DNA from: an uncultured Calditrichaceae bacterium
GTDB taxonomy: Bacteria; Calditrichota; Calditrichia; RBG-13-44-9
Length of the DNA: 64,000 nucleotides
Assembly (NCBI GenBank): GCA_964452045.1
Contig: CAYVKM010000005.1
Span: 2,945-66,944 of the forward strand
Direction: 5' to 3'
Part shown: positions 38,645-46,314 of the stretch, piece by piece
How the letters are laid out: each line of letters starts with the position of its first letter
Position numbering within the stretch: position 1 is the first letter of the stretch
The notes under the pieces: generated by a model
The model's database searches: none
What the model was told of the DNA's origin: nothing
The model's input: the letters and a program-made list of their open reading frames with translations, nothing else
Program-made: the position numbers and the translations under genes

Positions 38645-39184
38645 ATGAACACCGGTCAAATGATGTTAACAATTGGCGCCCTGGCTTTACTCAGCTTTGC
38701 CATCCTTAATCTGAATTCAAGTCTTAATGAGAACGATCTTGGACTTGCCCAAAACAGATATCGGCTGGAAGCTCTTTCCCTTATAACATCATATATGGAA
38801 CAGGCTACTATGTATTTTTTTGACGAATGTACATCCGATACCAGTAGTTTAAAACATGTCTCTGATTTTACCCTCGCCGGAAATCTTGGCGCTGAAGCTA
38901 ATGATTCCTCTGATTTTGATGATTTTGATGATTTTAATAATTACACCAAGATTGATACCGGATTGAGTGGAGTGATTTATAAAGTTATGTTCGATGTAGA
39001 TTATGTAACATTAGTTGGAGATTCTGTTAAACATTCCACTACTAGAAGTTGGCACAAACGGATGACTATTAGAGTAACTGATAATTATGATGATCCTCCT
39101 CTTTTGTATAAAAATGTGAGTGGTGACAAAGTCAAAGATACCCTGAAAATCAGTTTTGTCAACAGTTATTGGTTTTATAATTAA
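38645..39184 (+). CDS. Minor pilin/pseudopilin-like protein (non-canonical N-terminus)
   Basis: RBS GGGAGG. Starts MNTGQMMLTIGALALLSFAILNL. 179 aa. Located between pilB and pilT with two similar genes. Contains an acidic DFDDFDDFNNY segment. Confidence 0.45.
   Translation: MNTGQMMLTIGALALLSFAILNLNSSLNENDLGLAQNRYRLEALSLITSYMEQATMYFFDECTSDTSSLKHVSDFTLAGNLGAEANDSSDFDDFDDFNNYTKIDTGLSGVIYKVMFDVDYVTLVGDSVKHSTTRSWHKRMTIRVTDNYDDPPLLYKNVSGDKVKDTLKISFVNSYWFYN
38912..38938 (+). repeat. In-frame 9-bp tandem repeat (3 units) inside the minor pilin-like gene
   Basis: GATTTTGAT GATTTTGAT GATTTTAAT, encoding DFD-DFD-DFN. Confidence 0.9.
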
Positions 39185-39204
39185 AAATAACCAGAAAGCT
39201 TAAT

Positions 39205-39900
39205 ATGGCTACCTTAATAGATATTATCGGTGGAATTTTTATCGGGGGATTTTTGCTGCTTATTGCTCTGTCGGCCACCGATACGGCAACAACCGAGTTT
39301 TTTAATTATAATTCCGACGCCATTATGCAACAAAATCTGGCAAGAACTTCTGAGATCATCCAGTATGATCTCAGAAAAATGGGGTTTGGAATCCCGGAGG
39401 CATTTCAGAGCACAATCCTTAATGTAGCAACAAGCAATCGTTTGAAATTTCTGGCTCATTTAAACAGCGATCCGGATGCCTCAATGAATATTGCTGCCGT
39501 CACAACCTTTGATAATATTGTAGATACTATAGAATATGTGGCTTTGCCCTTTGACTCCGTGACTTATTATGATACTACTGTAACTACTTATCAGGTTCAA
39601 AGGACCTTAAAAATATCCCCCAATTACAATCATACTATGACTGTTGGGGTAATAGGAAATCAACAGGTTTTTCGTTATCTGGATCAGATAGGAAATGAAA
39701 CCGCTTTTATCCCGGCTACCCGGATGGTTGAAGTAACCTTAACGGCTTTTAATCCTAGGATATTCCTCAGTCGCGATTGGGTGGACAGTAAATTAACCGA
39801 TACCACGAATGTTGCATTGCGTCAAAAAGAATTGCGGCGGTTATTGAGAGCATCTTACTGGCGTCAAACTCGCTTGATTTCAAGAAATTTAAGGCGATAA
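39205..39900 (+). CDS. Minor pilin/pseudopilin-like protein (leaderless TLID N-terminus)
   Basis: Starts M-ATLIDIIGGIFIGGFLLLIAL. This resembles the mature FTLIE N-terminus of type IV pilins but has no leader and no Gly(-1). 231 aa. Confidence 0.5.
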   Translation: MATLIDIIGGIFIGGFLLLIALSATDTATTEFFNYNSDAIMQQNLARTSEIIQYDLRKMGFGIPEAFQSTILNVATSNRLKFLAHLNSDPDASMNIAAVTTFDNIVDTIEYVALPFDSVTYYDTTVTTYQVQRTLKISPNYNHTMTVGVIGNQQVFRYLDQIGNETAFIPATRMVEVTLTAFNPRIFLSRDWVDSKLTDTTNVALRQKELRRLLRASYWRQTRLISRNLRR

Positions 39901-39914
39901 CAAGGAGGTATATC

Positions 39915-41159
39915 ATGGTAGGTAAAGGTGCTTTATTAATTGTATTTGGATTTATAATGGCTTTTTCGATGTATCAGTTAAAGATGAGTCATAACGTTCT
40001 TGCCACATCCGATAATTTTGTTAATAACTATATGGAAACACTTCTTCATGAAACAGCCTTAAGTGCCATGAATTTGGCGATTAACAAAGTCTGGGATCAG
40101 GATGTCAAGAATGATACCTTTATGATAAGAGCCAATCATTGCTCATCCAGAGTAGAAATCCGTCAACCAGGTTCGGATACCGTTCGGGTAAAAGTGAAGA
40201 CCTGGGGACGGGGTTACGATATGGAAGAGCAGTTATTTGTAGAAAAGTCAGATTCGATTACGGCTTATTTTGCTTCCGATATTCAACTATCAAAATTTTT
40301 CTGGTTCACAGAAAATGAAGGTAATGTCTACTGGATTAGCGGAGATACTATCTGGGGACCCATGCACACCAATACAGTGGTTAAAACCTGGGGTTCGCCG
40401 GTTTTCTACGGGAAAGTGACTGCTAAAGCAGGGATAACACCAAATCCCTTGTCTAAGAAAAATGAGGCAGAATTTAATGGGGGCTGGGAAATTGGGGTAG
40501 AGAATGAAATCCCTACGGATATGTCTAAAATTTTTAACGCTGCTGTTGCCGGAAATGGCGGTGCTGCACCAAATACAAAATGTATGTATGATACACCAAC
40601 AAGTTTTGAATTTTTAGCCAATGGGGATGTCATCAGAACGGTGGGAGCTAATCCACCGGACACGGTGAGTCTGGTAACTATTGCCCCAACCGGAGCAATT
40701 TATTCCACCGACGAAATCAGGGTAAAGGGCACATTTAATGGTGATGCAACAATTTATTCAAAAACAAATATTTACATCGACGATGATTTGGTTTATGCGG
40801 ATAACCCGATGATCAATCCAAATTCAGATGATCTTTTAGGGTTGGTGGCCCAAAATGATGTACTCATTACCGATAATGTTGCCAATAACAGCGATTGTAA
40901 TTTACAGGCCAGCATCTTTGCCATAAATGGAAATTACGGAGCGGAAAATTATGCCTCGCGACCTGTTTCCGGGGTGCTGCGTTTTGCGGGAAGTATCGCC
41001 CAGAAGCATAGGGGACCGGTTGGTACGTTTTCTTATGGCGCGGGGCTAAAATCCGGATTCTCCAAGCGTTATTATTATGACCTAAGACTACAAAACATGG
41101 CACCAAAGAATTTTCCATCTATACAAGGCTCTTTATACTTAGTTGCCTGGTGGGAATAG
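39915..41159 (+). CDS. Large pilin-like / tip-associated subunit candidate
   Basis: RBS AAGGAGG. Starts MVGKGALLIVFGFIMAFSMYQL, followed by a ~390-aa beta-rich domain. Its position in the locus is analogous to PilX/GspK-type large minor pilins. Confidence 0.4.
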   Translation: MVGKGALLIVFGFIMAFSMYQLKMSHNVLATSDNFVNNYMETLLHETALSAMNLAINKVWDQDVKNDTFMIRANHCSSRVEIRQPGSDTVRVKVKTWGRGYDMEEQLFVEKSDSITAYFASDIQLSKFFWFTENEGNVYWISGDTIWGPMHTNTVVKTWGSPVFYGKVTAKAGITPNPLSKKNEAEFNGGWEIGVENEIPTDMSKIFNAAVAGNGGAAPNTKCMYDTPTSFEFLANGDVIRTVGANPPDTVSLVTIAPTGAIYSTDEIRVKGTFNGDATIYSKTNIYIDDDLVYADNPMINPNSDDLLGLVAQNDVLITDNVANNSDCNLQASIFAINGNYGAENYASRPVSGVLRFAGSIAQKHRGPVGTFSYGAGLKSGFSKRYYYDLRLQNMAPKNFPSIQGSLYLVAWWE

Positions 41160-41185
41160 GTGTTCACTGAGAAAGGATTTATTTG

Positions 41186-42538
41186 ATGTCGACAAACTGG
41201 CAATTTGAAGCAGAAGCGAAAAAAGCGCTGGATATAGAAAAGAAGGAAATAAAGGAGGCACAACCGGAAACTCTGGAGAGAAAAAAGACGCCGAATGCTG
41301 AAATTCCCAGAATTGTTGAAAACGGGAAAAAGCTACTGGAGCACCTGAAGAAGCAGGTTCCTTCAGCACTGTTCAGCGTTGACAAGGAACAGTTTATCGG
41401 TCATACTTTACTTCCCAAAGTTAGTGACCAGCATAAGTTAATTCTGCGGAATCTGATTAATACATTTCTGGAGGAGATGAGACGATTGGGAGCATCAGAT
41501 ATTGATCTGGGGGGTATGGGGAGCCAGAAAAAGGTCTGGTTTCGAATCCATGGAGATAAAAAGCCAATAGAAATATTTGGTAACTACGAGATAACGGAAT
41601 TTGATATCCTTATTCAGAGCATCTTACTGGCATCACAACTTGACGATTTATACGAACGGCGAAATGTTGACTTTTCCTATACTTTTTCCAGCAGCGAAAG
41701 ACAGTTATATCGAAACCGGGCCAATGTTGCTTTCGATTTGAATGCCCTTTCCTTAAATATGCGTGCCATTGAGACCCGCGCCCGGCGATTTGACCAGTAC
41801 GGATTTCACCCACATGTCGCTAAAAATCTTCACCTGAAATATACCAAAGAAGGACTCATCCTGGTGACCGGTATTACTGGCTCTGGAAAAAGTACCACAC
41901 TGGATGCGATTGTAGAATTGAATAATCAGACTGTTCCGGCACATGTTATTATTATTGCATCACCGGTCGAGTTTGTTCATACCCCCAAGAGATGTATAAT
42001 TCGACACCGGGAAGTTGGCCGGGATACTACTTCCTTTAAGCAGGGAACTATTGAGGCTCTGCGTCAGGATCCGGATATTATCATCATCGGTGAGATGCGA
42101 GATCCGGATACCATTATGTCTGCTCTGGAGGTGGCAGATAGTGGTCATAAAGTATTTTCTACCCTGCATACTTCCTCGGCGGTAGAGAGTATCGACCGTA
42201 TTATTGCGGAGGTACCCACCACAGAGCAGGATCGTATTCGAAACCGGTTGGCTGATGTTTTGCGGGTGGTGATGTCCCAGAAACTTGTTCAGACCATTGC
42301 CGGAGACCGGGTGATGGCCAAGGAGGTAATGGTGATGACACCCTCCATCCGGGCAGCGATTAAAAACAACAATGTGAATGAAATTTATCAGATGATCAGT
42401 GAAGGACATCAATGGGGGATGAATACCATTGAGCAGGATTTGGCGAAGTTGTATTTTGAAAGAAGAATAACTAAAGAAACCGCAATTAATTACGCTAATA
42501 ATAAGAGAAGATTGCAGCAGTTACTAAAAATGGCATAA
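41186..42538 (+). CDS. pilT: PilT/PilU family retraction-type ATPase with ~100-aa N-terminal extension
   Basis: Walker A GITGSGKSTTL, ASPVEFVH, Walker B DPDIIIIGEMRD, His box SGHKVFSTLHTSS. ATG 41186 is preferred over the adjacent TTG 41183. Confidence 0.85.
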   Translation: MSTNWQFEAEAKKALDIEKKEIKEAQPETLERKKTPNAEIPRIVENGKKLLEHLKKQVPSALFSVDKEQFIGHTLLPKVSDQHKLILRNLINTFLEEMRRLGASDIDLGGMGSQKKVWFRIHGDKKPIEIFGNYEITEFDILIQSILLASQLDDLYERRNVDFSYTFSSSERQLYRNRANVAFDLNALSLNMRAIETRARRFDQYGFHPHVAKNLHLKYTKEGLILVTGITGSGKSTTLDAIVELNNQTVPAHVIIIASPVEFVHTPKRCIIRHREVGRDTTSFKQGTIEALRQDPDIIIIGEMRDPDTIMSALEVADSGHKVFSTLHTSSAVESIDRIIAEVPTTEQDRIRNRLADVLRVVMSQKLVQTIAGDRVMAKEVMVMTPSIRAAIKNNNVNEIYQMISEGHQWGMNTIEQDLAKLYFERRITKETAINYANNKRRLQQLLKMA

Positions 42539-42554
42539 ATCAAGGATGTAGGTT

Positions 42555-44147
42555 ATGGCTAAATACAAAGAATTTACCGGGAAATTAGCAGTTGGGTTAT
42601 TTGTGGAGGGACACTATCTGCACGTTGCATGTTTGTCCAAAAAAGACAATACGGTACAATTAGTGGACGGGCAAGTTCTTAAAATGTCCAAAGCCCTGGA
42701 AACAGTACGGGTTCAACAGGAAATATTTTCGGACTCTGCCGACGCCCCGGAAATAATTACCCCGCAAACGGACGATGAGAGCATTACTTTCGAGGAAGCA
42801 CCGGAGAAGGAATTAAATCTGAGTGGCATCGATGCGGAAAATTATGACAATATGGAAGTGCTTCAACGGGTATTATATCAATACCCTTCCAATAAATTTC
42901 GGATGGGTATCTCCCTGGCCGAACCCCAAATTTATTATACTTATTTTGCTACAGACTGGGGCTTAAGCGGAGAAAAATTGAAGAAACGGGTTATTGAGGA
43001 AGTTTCCCGGGAACGTAAAGATTTTGAGATGACCAAACCGGATGCGGTCTATATCAAAAAATTACGTGACGGTCGCTTAATGGCTATTGTGCGGGAAAGC
43101 CAGGTAAACGTTATTAATTCTTTGCAATATTTGCAGACCGAAAACCGCAAGGTGCTCCCCAAAATATCTTTTGTGGAAAGTGCGGAAACATCTTTGGTAA
43201 ATCTGATTAATGCCAATTATTATTTTGAAGATGAGGACTTTACTGTCATTGTTTACATGGGCAATGAGTACAGCCGTTTAATATTCCTGCAGGGTCATGA
43301 GATATTCAATATTTCCTACATAATTGGGGCGGGCCTGGATTCGGAGAATATTACTCATACCATCTACAGCCGTATTTTACTGGAACAGGATAATCTAAAC
43401 CTGCCCAGAGTTCAGAATATTATCCTGGCCGGCGAAGCGCACCAGGTGAGCCTGCGAGAATTTTTAAAGGAGAAGTTATCTGACGATATCAAAATTGATT
43501 ACCTCACTTTACCGAATCTGGAAATATATGATGAAGAAATAGAAGTTTCCAAGTACGCCATTGCCATTGGTGCTGCCTGGCGTACCCAGAACGATAAAGA
43601 GAAATTTCTGTATGATGTGGATCTTTTACCGGATAGTTTCCGGGAAAGTCAGAAGAAATTTAAGCTGGGTCTAATTGGCTGGTTATTGCTTTTTACCCTT
43701 CCGGCAATCGCCTATTTCACCACTATAAAAATCAGTGAGCAGCGGGAAGTTCTGAAAGAATTAATTGCTCAGCAGCAATATCATCAGGAAGAGTTGGATT
43801 ATCTCAAAGGAATAGAGGCAAAACTTAATGAGAGGCGGACAGTTCTGGCCAATTATGAAAAGGCATTTGGCGTCCTGGATGAAATGTCTGCCGGCATTGA
43901 CAAGTGGAATAAGTTCCTCCACAAGTTGTCCATTAACCAGGATAAAATTGGTCGAATTTGGATTACAGAAATCATTCCCACTGCCGATAATGAGGTGGTG
44001 TTAAAGGGATATGCGGTTTATCGGGATCGAATTCCCAGACTGTCGCAGGTCATGGGAGCAGGGGCATTAAAAATTGTTCAGGTACAGGCGATTCGGGAAC
44101 GGACAGTTTATTACTTTGAAATGAACGCCACTTTGCCAACGGATTAA
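42555..44147 (+). CDS. pilM: PilM-like actin-fold protein fused to a PilN-like TM/coiled-coil module
   Basis: N-terminal 340 aa have PilM/FtsA-like blocks (LAVGLFVEGHYLHVA, VIVYMGNEYSRLIF, IIGAGLDS, ILAGEA, AIAIGAAW). These are followed by a TM helix (LGLIGWLLLFTLPAIAYFTTI), a coiled coil and a C-terminal alpha/beta region. Confidence 0.65.
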   Translation: MAKYKEFTGKLAVGLFVEGHYLHVACLSKKDNTVQLVDGQVLKMSKALETVRVQQEIFSDSADAPEIITPQTDDESITFEEAPEKELNLSGIDAENYDNMEVLQRVLYQYPSNKFRMGISLAEPQIYYTYFATDWGLSGEKLKKRVIEEVSRERKDFEMTKPDAVYIKKLRDGRLMAIVRESQVNVINSLQYLQTENRKVLPKISFVESAETSLVNLINANYYFEDEDFTVIVYMGNEYSRLIFLQGHEIFNISYIIGAGLDSENITHTIYSRILLEQDNLNLPRVQNIILAGEAHQVSLREFLKEKLSDDIKIDYLTLPNLEIYDEEIEVSKYAIAIGAAWRTQNDKEKFLYDVDLLPDSFRESQKKFKLGLIGWLLLFTLPAIAYFTTIKISEQREVLKELIAQQQYHQEELDYLKGIEAKLNERRTVLANYEKAFGVLDEMSAGIDKWNKFLHKLSINQDKIGRIWITEIIPTADNEVVLKGYAVYRDRIPRLSQVMGAGALKIVQVQAIRERTVYYFEMNATLPTD

Positions 44148-44165
44148 TGATAAAGGAGAAAGAAA

Positions 44166-45056
44166 TTGTCATATAAACTTAGAAATATCATTGTTCTTAT
44201 CTCACTGGTCGTCCTGCTGGGAGGGGTAAGTGGATATTTTACACTTTACCATTATCCCAAAAAGATTAAAATCGTCCAAAAGAAAATTGACGGTATAAAG
44301 AAGCAAATTTCAAATTTGGCCGGTGTTGAGGAAGAATACAAAAACATTGAGAAGATTATTAAAGAAAAAGAGCAGCGGTTAGCAAATCTCGACAGGAAAA
44401 TTGTGCCAGCGGTGACGCCTGCAAACAGTTATCAGTATCTGAACACTATTCTGAATTACAGCGGTGTTCTGGATTTTGATATGCTTTATCAGGGTGTGAA
44501 AAGTGCCGGTCGATATAGCTATAATGTCTATAATATTAAGGGTGAAGGTCCGTACTATAAAATTTACAAGTTTATCACTTTTTTAGAAAAGGGTCCCCAG
44601 GTTTATAAGATCAATAAATTGACCATGAGAATGGTTGAGGATAAGGACAAAGAGACCAGTGCCTACCGGATAATTATTACTTTTGAAATGGAAATATGGG
44701 CATTGTTTGCCGATGTCCAGAATTTGCCTCCTATTAAACGTACCCTGGGAAATGTGTACGTAAAGAGAGCCTCAAATCCCTTCTATCCCTATATCTATAG
44801 AAACATCCCAGCTAATGTGGATGAACGTTTAGAGGTGGAAAGGGCGGAATTAAAGGCCATTTTACCGGACAAAATCATGGTGGCGGACGCGGAAGGCAAG
44901 ATCCACGAATTGCAGGAAGGTGATAAGGTTTATCTGGGATATCTGAAGAGAATAGATCATGAAAATAACAAAGCATACTTTGTTTTGAATAAAGGAGGCA
45001 TTGTAGAGACATTCGAACTTCATATCAGGTTCGGTGAGGAGACGACTGGTAAGTAA
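44166..45056 (+). CDS. PilO/GspM-like bitopic alignment-complex protein candidate
   Basis: TTG start after AAAGGAG. N-terminal TM (IIVLISLVVLLGGVSGYFTLY), a coiled coil, then a globular domain. Lies between the PilM/N-like gene and the secretin. Confidence 0.4.
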   Translation: MSYKLRNIIVLISLVVLLGGVSGYFTLYHYPKKIKIVQKKIDGIKKQISNLAGVEEEYKNIEKIIKEKEQRLANLDRKIVPAVTPANSYQYLNTILNYSGVLDFDMLYQGVKSAGRYSYNVYNIKGEGPYYKIYKFITFLEKGPQVYKINKLTMRMVEDKDKETSAYRIIITFEMEIWALFADVQNLPPIKRTLGNVYVKRASNPFYPYIYRNIPANVDERLEVERAELKAILPDKIMVADAEGKIHELQEGDKVYLGYLKRIDHENNKAYFVLNKGGIVETFELHIRFGEETTGK

Positions 45057-45087
45057 ACTGTTCATAAACCCGAAGAAAGAGTTGCCC

Positions 45088-46299
45088 ATGAAAGCACGTA
45101 TTATTCTGTTAATCATCTTAGTTACGCTGATCGGGACGACAGCGATATTTGGACAAGGAAGACGATTCCGACCCCTGCGGAATGCCTATACAGCGCCGGA
45201 AGAGATTGTGTCTCTCTCCAATACCATGACGTTTAGCCAGGCCTTAGCGCTCTTTAATGATTTGAGTAAAAAATTTCTGGGAAAAATTATTGTTGATCCG
45301 GAGGGACTCAATTTCCCGATTGGCGAGGACATTGAGAAAATGCACTGGCTGGATGCAATGGAACTTATCCTGAAGCTGCATAATCTATGGTACGAGGAGT
45401 ATGAGGATTACATCAAAATTATTCCAATGGGTGGTGAGCAGGGAAAAAAGATATCAGCGGCAGATCAAAAATTACTAAGTGAATTTGATAATCGTGAAGT
45501 AATTATTACAGCAGTCTTCTTCGAAACTGACATCTCTAAACTTCGTCAGGCCGGAATGAGCTGGGATCTTTTCCGGGGAAGGGATGCAAATGCCCGGGTG
45601 AATATGAGTGCCGCCGAAACACAAAGCGGTCTGTTCCAGATTGATGTGAATCCGAATTGGGATTTTGCAGATGTTCTGGCCACCTTTAAGGCGCTGGAAA
45701 GCGATAATATTGGTGAGGTTATTTCCAGTCCCCAGGTCACGGTGAAGTCAGGTGGTGAAGGACGAATCCAGGTGGGGAGCGACATTTCGGTTACCATTCA
45801 GGATTTCGCTGGAAATGCGATCACTCAATTCTTTTCAACCGGATCAATTATCCGGGTTAAACCGGTAATTGTGAGAAAGGACTCCATTGATTTTGTCATC
45901 CTCGATCTGGAAGTAGAACGAAGTAATACCGCAACCGGTGATGTGGGCCTGGAAATTCGCAAATCAAAAGCGGAAACAGATGTATTGCTCCTTGATGGAG
46001 AGGAAACCATTATCGGTGGTCTGTTCATCAATGAAGAGGGCAACTCCCGGGAAGGTATTCCCTTTCTGAAAGATCTGCCCTGGTGGTTTTTCGGATTGCG
46101 CTATGTCTTTGGATTCGAGTCAAAAACAGTTCGGAAAAAAGAACTGATCATATTGTTGAAAGCCGAGTTGTTACCCTCATTGGAACAACGATTCAGAAGC
46201 AAAATAACTGGCGCCCGTAAAACTGACCTGTTAATTGAGTACAATAATGCCTTTAAAAATAAGATGCGGTATTACGAACGCAGATTAAAAAACCGATAA
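45088..46299 (+). CDS. pilQ: Secretin (PilQ/GspD family), short form
   Basis: Signal peptide MKARIILLIILVTLIGTTAIFGQG from ATG 45088; the ORF track start at 45034 overlaps the previous gene. Secretin domain blocks: GEVISSPQVTVKSGGEGRIQVG, DGEETIIGGLF, GIPFLKDLPWWFFGLRYVFG, ELIILLKAELL. Confidence 0.85.
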   Translation: MKARIILLIILVTLIGTTAIFGQGRRFRPLRNAYTAPEEIVSLSNTMTFSQALALFNDLSKKFLGKIIVDPEGLNFPIGEDIEKMHWLDAMELILKLHNLWYEEYEDYIKIIPMGGEQGKKISAADQKLLSEFDNREVIITAVFFETDISKLRQAGMSWDLFRGRDANARVNMSAAETQSGLFQIDVNPNWDFADVLATFKALESDNIGEVISSPQVTVKSGGEGRIQVGSDISVTIQDFAGNAITQFFSTGSIIRVKPVIVRKDSIDFVILDLEVERSNTATGDVGLEIRKSKAETDVLLLDGEETIIGGLFINEEGNSREGIPFLKDLPWWFFGLRYVFGFESKTVRKKELIILLKAELLPSLEQRFRSKITGARKTDLLIEYNNAFKNKMRYYERRLKNR

Positions 46300-46314
46300 T
46301 CTGGAGCCAATAAT

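Noticed and set aside
41960-42412. 150-aa minus-strand ORF inside pilT. The same applies to similar antisense ORFs at 12538..12951, 26771..27121, 50228..50737, 57010..57507, 58258..59229 and 3519..3842.
   Set aside because: All are embedded antisense or off-frame within long CDSs that carry strong family motifs. They are low-complexity or His/Arg-rich translations and I treat them as shadow ORFs.
45034-45087. Upstream extension of the secretin ORF (MRRRLVSKLFINPKKELP)
   Set aside because: It overlaps the preceding gene by 23 nt and would bury the obvious signal peptide that begins at ATG 45088.
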